From an uncultured Verrucomicrobiae bacterium (GTDB taxonomy: Bacteria > Verrucomicrobiota > Verrucomicrobiia > Limisphaerales > Palsa-1400), in NCBI GenBank assembly GCA_963702845.1, contig OY969763.1, forward strand, positions 1,376,001-1,440,000: a DNA stretch of 64,000 nt. The letters are read 5' to 3'. Shown in pieces: positions 39,092-49,640 of the stretch (positions are counted from its first letter, which is position 1; the number at the start of each line of letters is the position of its first letter). The position numbers were made by a program, and so were the translations under genes. Below the pieces are notes generated by a model. It worked only from the letters and a program-made list of their open reading frames with translations, was not told where the DNA came from and made no database searches.

Positions 39092-41497
39092 ATGTCACCG
39101 CAGAGGCTTGTGCCGCTTCTAGTATTCCTCTGCCTTTTCAGCGCAACTGCCGCCGACTACTCCGTCGCCTCTTTGTCAGCGGACTATGTAATTTGTGAAG
39201 GCCCACCCACCTTCATTGGGTCGCAAGGTGTGACAACGCTCCGCGTCGGCGCCAACAACAATAACGGCTCTGCAAGCGGCCGCAATGCGGTGATGATTTT
39301 TTCGATGCCTCTGCTCGCCGCAGGCGAACAAGTGTCGAGCGCATCGCTAGGTGTCAACGTTGCCGGGCGTTCGGGTTCGCCGAGTTTTAATGTAGACCTG
39401 TGGGGCATCGGTTTTCAGTCCAATACAACCGCCGTCGCAAAATATTTCGAGGCGAACACTGGTGATGTCGGGAATATCAAATTGCAAGACGATGTCATTA
39501 CCCCAGGTTTTTCCACTGGCGATGTGACCCTAACGAATCACGCCGGGTTGGCTGCGTATCTACAAAGTTTTTATGTGGCAAACTCGAACTACTCCGGCGG
39601 CTCTTATGTTTTTTTGCGGCTGAATCCTGACGCGGACTCGGGGGCCACCAGTCTTGGTTGGAGTATTTCCGCCGCCGAATCCGGCACTCCAGCCATTCTG
39701 ACGATTTCCACTGTGGGCGGGCCAACCAATGTGCCGCCGACGATCACCGTGCAACCTCAAGACCAACTGGTGATGCCGGCATCGAATGTTTCTTTTACGG
39801 TCGCCGCGACTGGACCTGGAACGCTGAGCTACCGCTGGAGTTTCAACGGGGCGCCAATGAGCGATGGCGGGCGAATTAGCGGTACGACGTTTCCGGCGCT
39901 TGATATCAATTCGGTGATGACGAACGACACAGGAAGTTATTCGGTCGTTGTGTCGAATGAGTTCGGCGCGGTCACCAGTTCGGTGGCCACACTGAAAGTC
40001 CTTGAGCCCACCACCAACAATTACACCAATATCATTGTCCTGATCAGCGACGATCAACGCTGGGATTCGGTTGGCGTCGTGCAGCGTGAAATGGGTGTTT
40101 CAGGCCGATTTCCATGGTTCACGAATGGCACGCCGAACATCGATCGAATCGCCACCGAAGGTCTGCGGTTCCGGAACGCGTTTGTGGGATGCTCGTTGTG
40201 CTCGCCGAGTCGCGCATCGATTTTGACCGGGAGTTACAATCACTTGAACGGGGTCATCAATAACAATACGGTATTTCCGACGAGCTCCGTTACGTATGCC
40301 ACCCAGCTCCAGGAGGCGGGCTATGTCACCGCCATGGTCGGAAAGTGGCACATGGGAAGCCAAACCGCGCGACCGGGATTTACATTTGCCGCCAGCTATG
40401 TCGGGCAGGGGAATTACAGCAACCAAACCTTTTTGGTGAACGGCGTTTCGACGCCGACGACAGGTTGGGTCGATGACGTTGCTACAGATTTCGCCCTCGG
40501 GTTTATCAGCACCAATATCAACAAACGTTTTGCCTTGCACCTCGGTTACAAGAGCACGCATGGCCCGAATGATTTTCCGTCCTGGTCCGGTAGTCTTTTC
40601 ACGAGTTCGGTGAGCCGTGATGTGCCGAACCTCGACGTGCCGCCTCCCTATCGGTCGAACGTTGTGGCAAACAGTGAGTCGGCCAAGCGCGACTATCACC
40701 GGTGCCTGACCGCGATGGACGTGGACGTTGGGCGCATCCTCGATTACCTCGACCAAACCGGCCTTGCGACAAACACCCTCATAATCTTCTTGGGTGACAA
40801 CGGCTATTATCTTGGTGAACACGGTTTGGGTGACAAACGCTCCTTCTATGACGAGAGCTGGCGGGTTCCATTGATTGTGCGTTACCCTCGTCTGATCACC
40901 CAACCGTTCGTGAGAAATGAACTGGTGATGAACATCGATATCGCGCCCACCATTCTCGACATCGCCGGCGTCGCTATCCCGCCCGATATGCAGGGCAAAA
41001 GTTGGCGGCCTTTGTTCAATGCCGGGTCCGTGCCCGATTGGCGGCAAAGCATCCTTGGCGAATACATTCTTGAGAACGGCTATACCATTCCAACCACCGT
41101 CGCCGTCCGGACGACGACCTCGAAAATGGTTCTTTGGCCCGGCAATCCATCTTGGGCGGAAATGTTCGATTTGGCGACCGACCCTTATGAAGTCACAAAT
41201 TTGTTCAACAATCCGGCGAAGGCAGCTATGCGCGACAGCTTGCACTCGGAGTTGAACCGACTCTCAACGCAATTCAGACTGTCGGTAACGTTGACGAATG
41301 CCGTGCGCGCAGCCGGCAATTTTCAACTCACATTGAGCGGCGGGATCGGGCCACGCTATCAACTCCAGAAAACCACCAACTTGCAATCCTGGACTTCAGT
41401 GACAGAGGTTAAAATGACCAGCGGCCAAATGACCGCAGCGGATACGAACGGAGCCGCCCCGAGCCAACTCTATCGCGCCGAATGGATCGGCGATTAG
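39092..41497 (+). CDS. Secreted multidomain sulfatase (N-terminal beta domain, Ig-like domain, sulfatase, C-terminal domain)
   Basis: Signal peptide; PPTITVQP..YRW..DTGSYSVVVSN Ig; IIVLISDDQR, CSPSRASILTG, GKWH, GDNG..GEHGL.DKR. Confidence 0.9.
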   Translation: MSPQRLVPLLVFLCLFSATAADYSVASLSADYVICEGPPTFIGSQGVTTLRVGANNNNGSASGRNAVMIFSMPLLAAGEQVSSASLGVNVAGRSGSPSFNVDLWGIGFQSNTTAVAKYFEANTGDVGNIKLQDDVITPGFSTGDVTLTNHAGLAAYLQSFYVANSNYSGGSYVFLRLNPDADSGATSLGWSISAAESGTPAILTISTVGGPTNVPPTITVQPQDQLVMPASNVSFTVAATGPGTLSYRWSFNGAPMSDGGRISGTTFPALDINSVMTNDTGSYSVVVSNEFGAVTSSVATLKVLEPTTNNYTNIIVLISDDQRWDSVGVVQREMGVSGRFPWFTNGTPNIDRIATEGLRFRNAFVGCSLCSPSRASILTGSYNHLNGVINNNTVFPTSSVTYATQLQEAGYVTAMVGKWHMGSQTARPGFTFAASYVGQGNYSNQTFLVNGVSTPTTGWVDDVATDFALGFISTNINKRFALHLGYKSTHGPNDFPSWSGSLFTSSVSRDVPNLDVPPPYRSNVVANSESAKRDYHRCLTAMDVDVGRILDYLDQTGLATNTLIIFLGDNGYYLGEHGLGDKRSFYDESWRVPLIVRYPRLITQPFVRNELVMNIDIAPTILDIAGVAIPPDMQGKSWRPLFNAGSVPDWRQSILGEYILENGYTIPTTVAVRTTTSKMVLWPGNPSWAEMFDLATDPYEVTNLFNNPAKAAMRDSLHSELNRLSTQFRLSVTLTNAVRAAGNFQLTLSGGIGPRYQLQKTTNLQSWTSVTEVKMTSGQMTAADTNGAAPSQLYRAEWIGD

Positions 41498-41761
41498 GAA
41501 CGAAAGCGCCCTGCGTCGCCGCTGTGCGATGCAGTGAAATCCCGTCAGGGCGTGACCTGTTTATAGAACTTTATTGTGAAGTTCTGGGTTCAGTCGGTGA
41601 GGGCAAGGTTCTACGCAGGGATTACAGCCTCATCGAGACCTCATTGTCACCGTATCGAAAATGCAGCCGAATAAACCTGCTATGAATTGCCCATTGCTGT
41701 CGCACGTGCAATCGAATTGAACCAAGCTGAAGCTGACAAAAGCGGTGTTTACAAAACGCCC

Positions 41762-42814
41762 TCACTGCGAGCGCAAACGATAAAATCGGATCGGCGTTGT
41801 TGGCATAGTCGACTCACCGAAATACACCGAATTCGAATTCACAACGTTGGTTGCAACGGGAACCCAGTCCGTCAAATTCTGTGAAGCATCGATGACTACC
41901 TGTTCACTATTCGTGCCCAGGATCGTGAAGCCAAAGTGATTCGAACTGTATTCAAAATGTCCATCAGACAACAGCACCTTGGCAGGGCCAAATGGAAATT
42001 GCTCTTCGACGAACCAGTTTGATTGATTTCCACTGGCGACGTAACCACGAGCTCGAATGACACCGGTTGTTTGAGAAATACCAGCCAACTGCCACCCGCC
42101 GACAATAGGTTGCGCTTCACCCAAATCAGTCCAATTCAGGCCATCTGGTGAATACGAAAAGTGCACGCGCCAAAACTCAGGCCCTGGCCCGCCGCGCAAC
42201 CAGGTTATCGTCGATCCACCAACCGAAAAACTCTGCATAGGCGCGAGAAACTGTATCAACCTGCCCACCCGCCAGCGCGAAGCTCCACCCAAATGCGCGA
42301 ATGTACCCGTCAAGACAATGTTGCCAAACCGGTCAACGGCAACGCCATTCACTGTACCGTCTGTTCCGATGTTGAAACCGGAGTCCACTGTGCCGTTGCT
42401 GTCGAGACGACCTATGCAAGATATGGACACCCCATTTAACGTTGAGAATCCTCCACCAACCAGAATTGCTCCATCGGACTGCAAGCAAATGGCGTTTACT
42501 GCTCCATTCGCTTGAGGAGCAAAAGCTGCGTCTAACGTTCCGTCTGAGTTCAAACGCGCGATACACTGTCGCACTTGGTTGCCAACTAAGCCAAATTGGC
42601 CGCCAACAAGAATCCGTCCATCAGGTTGAACGACAGCGCAGTAAACCGAATTATCAATGGCTACATTGAAATTCGGATCAATGTCACCCGCACTATTAAG
42701 TCGGACGAGCTTCGATCGCGCCACGCCGTTAACAGCCGCAAAATCGCCGCCAATAATGATTGAACCATCCCGTTGCAACGCGATGCACCGAACACCTCCG
42801 CCCGTCAAGTCCAA
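41762..42814 (-). CDS. Delta-60-type repeat protein, possibly 5'-truncated
   Basis: Repeats of V..Q.DG.ILVGG.F....RLNS.G.LD..F; no signal peptide; ends FYRLRSQ. Confidence 0.75.
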   Translation of the reverse strand: MDLTGGGVRCIALQRDGSIIIGGDFAAVNGVARSKLVRLNSAGDIDPNFNVAIDNSVYCAVVQPDGRILVGGQFGLVGNQVRQCIARLNSDGTLDAAFAPQANGAVNAICLQSDGAILVGGGFSTLNGVSISCIGRLDSNGTVDSGFNIGTDGTVNGVAVDRFGNIVLTGTFAHLGGASRWRVGRLIQFLAPMQSFSVGGSTITWLRGGPGPEFWRVHFSYSPDGLNWTDLGEAQPIVGGWQLAGISQTTGVIRARGYVASGNQSNWFVEEQFPFGPAKVLLSDGHFEYSSNHFGFTILGTNSEQVVIDASQNLTDWVPVATNVVNSNSVYFGESTMPTTPIRFYRLRSQ

Positions 42815-43326
42815 CTCCCGGGTGTTTCCTATTCAAGGTCCTATCGCGCAAACCTCGGCCAACTCTTGACACGTAGCTACGTTATTCATAGTTAAGTAGT
42901 AGCCTGTTGTCGGCTGGCCTGCGGCAAAATTGGGTGCTGCTTTCACTGTGCATCTAAGCACCGCTTTGTTCTTTGAAAAGTTTGAGAAATGTCGGCAAAC
43001 ATCCATTTGTTTGCGAACCTTGTCCAAGTTGGTGTGCTCGTCGTAACCCATTCTGAGTTCAGCGTTGACACGCTGAATTCAGAGTTGGTTTCGGAGAGTT
43101 TCGGGTAGTTGCGGTTAAAAAGACCCCTTACACAGGCGACGTGGTCGGCCCTTTTAGCTTTAACGTCAGGGACTTTACCTCTGCGAAACATGCAAAAAAC
43201 ATGCGTTTTTCTGCGCGAATTTGCGGTAGGATTTCGCATCTTTCCGCAACATTTCCGCATACGTTCGTGAACTTCGCCGTGCGCGAAACAACCAACGGTA
43301 AGTTGACGGCTAGCAATGCCCAGTCG

Positions 43327-44079
43327 TTATCGGCGATTATGAAAACGCGCTCGCAGCACATGCAGAATAAACTGTGGATTGCCGATGATGTAGCGCTTCC
43401 AGAGATTACGTGGATCGGAGAAGAGGCGGTGCAACCATTGTAAACCGATGCGCCGCATCCATCCGGGCGCTTCCTTCATCGTGCCGGCGTAGATGCGGAT
43501 TGTTCCGGCGCCGATGCCCCAGACAATGGAGTTGGGGCAAATGGAAGCGGCGAGTTGGGCAGTGAGTTCGGTTCGAGGGGTGCCCATTCCCAGAAAGATG
43601 AAATTGGCATTCGCATGCTCGCGGAAAATTTTCTCGTAAGCTGCTTCAGCGAGGAATCCGGAGCTTGTGTGGATGATTTTGCAATGATTTTGCAATGTAT
43701 TGATATTGTGAGCCGCCGCTTCACACTCTGTGTCTGTCATGCCGATAAGGAGTGCGGTTGTGGTTGGCATGCGTGAGTCATTAAGAAACGCACGAAATGC
43801 TTCGGTCATGTTGCAACGTTCGTGGATGTTGCTCCCGAACAGGCGCGCGCCCCAAACGATACCTTTTCCATCGGCGGCGTTGATGCGGGCGTCGTTCAAG
43901 GTTTTGCAAAGCGCAGCATGTTTGGCCGCAAGGTTGTAAATGTGTGCGTTGACGCAAAGGATGGTTCTGGGCTGCTGGTGTTTATCACTGAGCAGAATCA
44001 GCAGTTCATCGAGTAATTGCGGAATGGTGTGCCGTGAGCAACTGATCTGGCCGACCGAAACTTTGGAGAGCGCTGCCAT
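43327..44079 (-). CDS. WecB/TagA/CpsF family glycosyltransferase
   Basis: CVNAH, ADG.GIVW, LGMGTPRTE, AP.WMRRIGLQWLHRL..DPRNLWKRYIIGNP. Confidence 0.87.
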   Translation of the reverse strand: MAALSKVSVGQISCSRHTIPQLLDELLILLSDKHQQPRTILCVNAHIYNLAAKHAALCKTLNDARINAADGKGIVWGARLFGSNIHERCNMTEAFRAFLNDSRMPTTTALLIGMTDTECEAAAHNINTLQNHCKIIHTSSGFLAEAAYEKIFREHANANFIFLGMGTPRTELTAQLAASICPNSIVWGIGAGTIRIYAGTMKEAPGWMRRIGLQWLHRLFSDPRNLWKRYIIGNPQFILHVLRARFHNRR

Positions 44080-44165
44080 TATGACTAACGATAGACTGCG
44101 AAGTTGTGGAGGAAAACGCCACGCAAATAGTTGATGCCAGTTTGTCCGACCGCTATGGTCATCCG

Positions 44166-45248
44166 ATGAAATACATGCGCATTGCACTGGATGCTTGCAC
44201 CTTGGGAAGGAGGCGAACCGGGGATGAAACCTATGTGCGTGGTCTTCTTAAGGGGTTTGCTGAGTTGCAGCCGAAAAATTTAGCGCTTCATGTGATAACA
44301 ACATCCGCCTACAGCGGGCCGAAACTTGAAGGTTTCGAATGGCACCAGGTACCGGAATCGAATTTTTTCGTCCGCAATTTTTCCGGTGTTCCAAAGTTAT
44401 TATCGCAGGTCGGGGTGGACCTTTATCACGCTAATTATTGGGCCCGCTACTGGGACTCGTTGCCGAAGGTAGTCACGATTCATGATGTCGCGTTTGCTGC
44501 ATTTCCAAAGGGGTTTAAAAAGCATGAGGTGTTAATTTTTAACGCACTGTCGAAGCGTGTTGCACAAAAGGCGCGACACATTCTGACGGTGTCGGAGTTT
44601 TCGAAACAGGAAATTCACCGCTTTCTTCGAGTGCCATTGGAAAAGATAACAGTAACATATAATGCGTTGGATGACTGTTTTCGGCCTGCCGACAAAAAAA
44701 ATGCTGATGTCCCCTTCATTCTTTATGTCGGCAATTTGCACCCGCGAAAAAATCTCGTCCGATTGGTTGAAGCATTTGTAAAACTGAAGAGGGAGCATCG
44801 GACAGATTTGTCTTTGAAAATCGTAGGCCAAAAGGCGTGGCTCTACGGCGATATCTTCGAGAGCGTCAGAAAAAGCGGCTTGGAATCAAGCGTGCATTTT
44901 ACCGGATACGTTTCGCAAGACGAATTGGTGCAAACGTATCAAAATGCAACGGTGATGGTTTATCCGTCCTTGTATGAAGGTTTTGGACTTCCGGTTCTGG
45001 AGGCGATGGGTTGCGGCGTTCCGGTTGTGACATCGAAATCGACGTCGTTGGTAGAGGTGGCCCAGAATGCTGCGGAGCTAGTGGATCCAACTTCAGCGGA
45101 TTCGATTTGTGAAGGTATTTGGAATGTAATTTCTTCTGAGCGGCGGCGGCAGGAATTGCGGGCGAGGGGATTGATTCGCGCCCAGCAATTCAATTGGCAA
45201 ACGACGGCGGAAAAAACTCTTCGGGTGTACGAGGCTGTGCTTCAATAG
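44166..45248 (+). CDS. Glycosyltransferase family 4
   Basis: TIHD, YVGNLHPRKN, PSLYEGFGLPVLEAMGCG. Confidence 0.9.
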   Translation: MKYMRIALDACTLGRRRTGDETYVRGLLKGFAELQPKNLALHVITTSAYSGPKLEGFEWHQVPESNFFVRNFSGVPKLLSQVGVDLYHANYWARYWDSLPKVVTIHDVAFAAFPKGFKKHEVLIFNALSKRVAQKARHILTVSEFSKQEIHRFLRVPLEKITVTYNALDDCFRPADKKNADVPFILYVGNLHPRKNLVRLVEAFVKLKREHRTDLSLKIVGQKAWLYGDIFESVRKSGLESSVHFTGYVSQDELVQTYQNATVMVYPSLYEGFGLPVLEAMGCGVPVVTSKSTSLVEVAQNAAELVDPTSADSICEGIWNVISSERRRQELRARGLIRAQQFNWQTTAEKTLRVYEAVLQ

Positions 45249-45251
45249 CGA

Positions 45252-46064
45252 CTATCGTTTCTTTGCAATTATGATGTCTTGAAAGCTCAAGTATTTGGCG
45301 CGCCCACACCAACTTCCATATTGAATCGGCTCGATGATGGCGCAGTCGTGTTTATCGTAGACTTGTCGCACGAATGATTCGCTAAGTGCGGTCGTATCTT
45401 CTGGGTCAGAAAGTTTTTCGACGCGATAATGTTCGCTTTTGTGCGGTAACTTAAATTCGCCTTTGCCCACATCAATCAAAGACTCTGACTGACTATTGAG
45501 CAGCAAATAAGTTATCATCGACCGGCCACCTGGTTTGAGGACGCGTGAAATCTCAGACATGTAGTGATCAACGGCGTCGGGGAGCATGTGCGTAAACACG
45601 GATCCGAGCACCACGAAGTCGAACTTGCGATCTGGAAACGGAAAACGAAATTCCGTAGCCTGAAACTTACCAAATGGATTGTAGTGTCGATTGAACACAT
45701 CGATGTGCTGGAAGTGGAAGTTGGGGAAACGACTGCCGATGTGAGAACTGCACCATTCAACTCCTGACTTTACGATGTCGATTCCTTCGTAGCGGCCATT
45801 ACTCGAGAGATATGACGTCAGCGGGAGTGTTTTGCGTCCCATTCCGGAGCCCATATCCAGAACGGTATCGTCTGGTTTCAGACCGCCAAGTTCAGTGAAA
45901 TATTTGAAGAATTCCTCGCCATTCTGTTTAAATATCGCTGCTCCACGTGGCCCGTCGTACATCTCTCGCAGCGGCGGTATGAGTGGGTCCTGGGTGCCGG
46001 TCACTTTGCGAGTAAAATCGATTGCACCCAACAGAAGTTCTTTGTACCAGACCGGATTCGACAT
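45252..46064 (-). CDS. Class I SAM-dependent methyltransferase
   Basis: VLDMGSGMGR, FDFVVLGSVFTH, RVLKPGG. Confidence 0.87.
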   Translation of the reverse strand: MSNPVWYKELLLGAIDFTRKVTGTQDPLIPPLREMYDGPRGAAIFKQNGEEFFKYFTELGGLKPDDTVLDMGSGMGRKTLPLTSYLSSNGRYEGIDIVKSGVEWCSSHIGSRFPNFHFQHIDVFNRHYNPFGKFQATEFRFPFPDRKFDFVVLGSVFTHMLPDAVDHYMSEISRVLKPGGRSMITYLLLNSQSESLIDVGKGEFKLPHKSEHYRVEKLSDPEDTTALSESFVRQVYDKHDCAIIEPIQYGSWCGRAKYLSFQDIIIAKKR

Positions 46065-46192
46065 GCCGCAAACGTAGGAGACGAGTGTTGATATGAGAAG
46101 AACATTCTCCTCGTGGACGATTGATACCACGGCACCGTAAACTTGCTGTAACGAGCTTCACCGCCTACAATGTCGCCCTTTAGGAGAATTGA

Positions 46193-47014
46193 ATGGCGAG
46201 TAGTCTATTTACGATCATAACACCGGCTTTGAATTGCCGGGAATTGTTGCCGCGGAACATCGCGTCCGTGCGCGCGCAGCGTTTAACGAATCAAATCGAG
46301 CATTGGGTTATTGACGGGGGATCCAAAGACGGCACGGTTGAATTTTTACAGACGCAGCCAGACGTTCGCTTCATTTCAGAAAAAGACAACGGACTTTCAA
46401 ACGCGGTGAATAAAGGGATTCAGCGAGCAACTGGCGAATGGATTATTTGGCTGAATGCTGACGATGAACTGGCAGTGAATGCGTTGAGCGAGTTTTTAAA
46501 GTTGGTTCGGCAATTTCCGAACACGTATGTTTTTAGCGGCTCGCAAAAGTTGTTCGGTTATGATGGGTCTTTGGAACGCATCAGCGAAGGGTGGGACTAC
46601 AATTTGAAGGATCTGCTCGGCAGGCGCCCCGCAATCGTCCAGGCGTCTACGTTTGTGCATCGGCTTGTGTATGAGAAGGTTGGCCTTTTGGATGAGAGCT
46701 GTCGGTATGCGATGGATTACGAGTGGACGGTCCGTGCGATGCATCATTTCCGTTGCCAGCCTTTGCCAATTGTGCTGACGCATTATCATCGGCGGCCAGG
46801 CTCAATCACCGATGCAGGGATGCCGAATTCCTTTCACGAGATTTTGCGAGTTCGCCGCAAATACGGTAAAAGTCGAGTCGAATTGGCGGAATGGCGGTTT
46901 CGTTTTTATATCTGGACGGAGCCTCTGCGCCGAGTTATCTGGTTGCGACGCGCGGTGCGCGCGATCAAAGGTTGGTTCGGCCAAAAACCCTTGCACCCGA
47001 TTCCCGGCGCGTGA
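46193..47014 (+). CDS. Glycosyltransferase family 2
   Basis: IITPALN, IDGGSKDGT, AVNKGI, WLNADD, MDYEW. Confidence 0.9.
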   Translation: MASSLFTIITPALNCRELLPRNIASVRAQRLTNQIEHWVIDGGSKDGTVEFLQTQPDVRFISEKDNGLSNAVNKGIQRATGEWIIWLNADDELAVNALSEFLKLVRQFPNTYVFSGSQKLFGYDGSLERISEGWDYNLKDLLGRRPAIVQASTFVHRLVYEKVGLLDESCRYAMDYEWTVRAMHHFRCQPLPIVLTHYHRRPGSITDAGMPNSFHEILRVRRKYGKSRVELAEWRFRFYIWTEPLRRVIWLRRAVRAIKGWFGQKPLHPIPGA

Positions 47015-48099
47015 TGGATGCCAGTCGATTGAAACGAATAACCATTCTGCACGTCGTCGGCGGCTTGGACGCTACTGGTGGACTGATGTATGTGGCGACG
47101 GAATTGGCGGGGGGCGCGGCGGACGGTCTTAGGAGTTTTGTATGGAAACACCGCGAGTTTAAACCAACACTCAATCGGGATTTATTCGTATGTCGTGGAA
47201 ACGCACTGCGAACTGACCAGAGCATTGCCGCCGACGTGCTGGGCGCTCTCAAGGAGTTGCCAACACTGCTGCGTTGGATTCGGGGTGAAGAGAATGTTGT
47301 TCTCCATGCACATACTCGGGTGGGGACGATTTCGTCAGCTATTGCGAGCAAGATTACCGGCTGTCCGTTGGTCGTGCATTTTCATTATTTGTGTCGGTAT
47401 AAATGGTTTTATCGACTGTTGTTAAAATGGACTGGTGCGCATGCAGTGTTCACTTCAACTAAAACGTGTCGGCATTTTGGATTTGATCCTGCGCAAACCG
47501 TGGTGATGCCGTGTATTCCGTGGCCGAAGAAGTCCGCTGCCGCAGGTCGAAGAAGGCGTTTCGTTGCCGCAGCGTCGTTTGTTTCCTGGAAGAATCTTCA
47601 TTTGATTATTCAGGCATTCAATCAGTTGAACTTTGGTGGCAAGGAAACGGATCTGGTTTTATTTGGGAGGTCCGATCGACCGTTTCGTAAAGAAGAGCAG
47701 GAGCAGATCGTTTCGCTGGCGCGGACCAATCTTGCAATCGAAGTCAGAGACCACGATCTCCGATGGATGGATGAATTGACGGCAAATGATGTCTTCGTTC
47801 ACGCCGCAGACCAAGAACCGTTCGGAATAGTGATCCTGGAAGCGTTTTCAAGAGGGTGCCGCTGTGTCGTGCCGTCGGGAACATTCCTCGACGATTTACC
47901 TGAACCTGCCCGTTCCCATGGAATTTGGCGCGTAAACCCGATGACAGTGTCGAATTTGGCACAGCAGATGTCGGCTGCAATGTCATCGCCGCAAGATGCA
48001 GAGGAACTCTGGCGACTGCGGAACGCGGCAGCCGTGGGGTTTTCATTGGAAAACGCGGTATTAAAACTTTCGACAGTGTACAGAAGTATGCTACACTAA
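47014..48099 (+). CDS. Glycosyltransferase family 4
   Basis: ILHVVGG, LHAH, KNLHLII, EPFGIVILEA. Confidence 0.82.
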   Translation: MDASRLKRITILHVVGGLDATGGLMYVATELAGGAADGLRSFVWKHREFKPTLNRDLFVCRGNALRTDQSIAADVLGALKELPTLLRWIRGEENVVLHAHTRVGTISSAIASKITGCPLVVHFHYLCRYKWFYRLLLKWTGAHAVFTSTKTCRHFGFDPAQTVVMPCIPWPKKSAAAGRRRRFVAAASFVSWKNLHLIIQAFNQLNFGGKETDLVLFGRSDRPFRKEEQEQIVSLARTNLAIEVRDHDLRWMDELTANDVFVHAADQEPFGIVILEAFSRGCRCVVPSGTFLDDLPEPARSHGIWRVNPMTVSNLAQQMSAAMSSPQDAEELWRLRNAAAVGFSLENAVLKLSTVYRSMLH

Positions 48100-48115
48100 G
48101 CCCTAATTTTGGAGA

Positions 48116-49606
48116 ATGACCCCGAGCCTCGTTAAAAACTTTATCGTCCTTTGCATCTGCGCGTTGATCGCACTGGTATTTGGTTTTGCAATTTCTGTGC
48201 AAAGCTATGAGCTGCTTGTCCTGCCGGTAATTCTTGCACTATTTGCCGCGACGATCGTTGTGCCTGGCTACAGTTTTCTTCTGGCGTTCGGGTTGACATG
48301 CCCGTTTATCTTGCCGCTGCCGTTTGTGTGGGGCCTGCCGATGTTGCTTTTCATCCTTGGATTGTGCGGCTTGAAGTACATTCTTCGACGCGCGCTGCGG
48401 CATGAGCAACTGGCGATCAACTACAGCTTGCCTGTCGCGCTTTTTTTTGCCTGGGTCGTAGCGCGTTATATCGTGGATCCGGTGAAACCGGGTATGGCTC
48501 TGGGTCTGAGCGAAGGTGTCACAGGATTTCGCGCGTACGTGAACTATGCAATATGCGCAGCGGTATTTTTATTTGTGGGACTCTTTAAGACTGACCGGGA
48601 AATCGCCAAGCTGTTGCGTTGGATGTACGGACTGTCGGCGGTGCTGATATTAATTTTCCTTCCGCTCGTTTTTACGAAAAGCCTTTGGATCGCTAATCTT
48701 CTGAGTAATTTAGGGATTTTTGTGACGTTTTTCGACAATGGGTGGTTGCGCTTCGTGGTTCTGCCTGATTTCGGCCTGATGGTCATTTTTGCGGCGTTGC
48801 TACCCAATTTATTTAATGTGCGTTCATTCTGGCGTGCCGTGTCGATCGTAGTTGGAATCGCAGCGGTTGCGATGGGTGGAAACCGCAGCTCTCTAGTGAT
48901 GCTCTTTGCTGTTGCGGTCATTTTTGGATTTGTGCGTTATCGCACGGCAGGATTGGTGGCGACCCTTGCGGGGGTGGGTCTTTGCTTGGCGGTTATGTTT
49001 TATATCGGTGAAACCGAGCCGAATATTGATCCTGCTTTATATCGTTTGACGGCGTTAGTGAGTCCGCGCGCTGCACGCCTCACCGAGGCCGAGCAAACAA
49101 TCGAATGGCGAAAGGTGCGTTGGGACCGCGCCATCCAAGATATCCGAGATCATCCGTGGATCGGAATGAGTTATGGCGGCCTTGAGAACGCGTTTGTATT
49201 CGCCAACGGAGCAGATTACGAACGTGCCCGTGAGGACATCGATGTTGCTTCTGGCACGATTCACAATGGATATTTGGCAAATGCTCGAGCACTTGGAATT
49301 CCTTCGCTGCTATTATTTTTGGGTATTTTCGCGTCGCAGCTTGTTGTGCAAATGAAGCAGGCACTAAAGTGGAGGAACCAGGATCCATTTAGAAGCGAGT
49401 TGCATGTGTTTATCTGGATGAATCTAATCTGTCTTGCGCTTCACATCTATATCGGTATTGACCTGAATACTCCGCAATTGTGGTTCTTTTTGGGATTGGG
49501 TGCTTTGCTGCAGAACTTGAGTAAACAATCAATGCAATCCCAAGCTGACGTGCTCCGATCGCCGCCGAACCACACGGTTGCACCGGGTCCGTTTGCGCTT
49601 GCTTGA
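48116..49606 (+). CDS. O-antigen ligase/polymerase (Wzy_C-like) membrane protein
   Basis: Many TM helices; GNRS, R..RW..AI..HPWIG, HNGYL. Confidence 0.8.
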   Translation: MTPSLVKNFIVLCICALIALVFGFAISVQSYELLVLPVILALFAATIVVPGYSFLLAFGLTCPFILPLPFVWGLPMLLFILGLCGLKYILRRALRHEQLAINYSLPVALFFAWVVARYIVDPVKPGMALGLSEGVTGFRAYVNYAICAAVFLFVGLFKTDREIAKLLRWMYGLSAVLILIFLPLVFTKSLWIANLLSNLGIFVTFFDNGWLRFVVLPDFGLMVIFAALLPNLFNVRSFWRAVSIVVGIAAVAMGGNRSSLVMLFAVAVIFGFVRYRTAGLVATLAGVGLCLAVMFYIGETEPNIDPALYRLTALVSPRAARLTEAEQTIEWRKVRWDRAIQDIRDHPWIGMSYGGLENAFVFANGADYERAREDIDVASGTIHNGYLANARALGIPSLLLFLGIFASQLVVQMKQALKWRNQDPFRSELHVFIWMNLICLALHIYIGIDLNTPQLWFFLGLGALLQNLSKQSMQSQADVLRSPPNHTVAPGPFALA

Positions 49607-49640
49607 TGACTGTGTTTCCTAACTATGCAGACCCCGGCGG

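Noticed and set aside
42833..43443. Small ORFs or a riboswitch in the gap before the glycan cluster
   Set aside because: No recognisable protein motif or riboswitch consensus seen.
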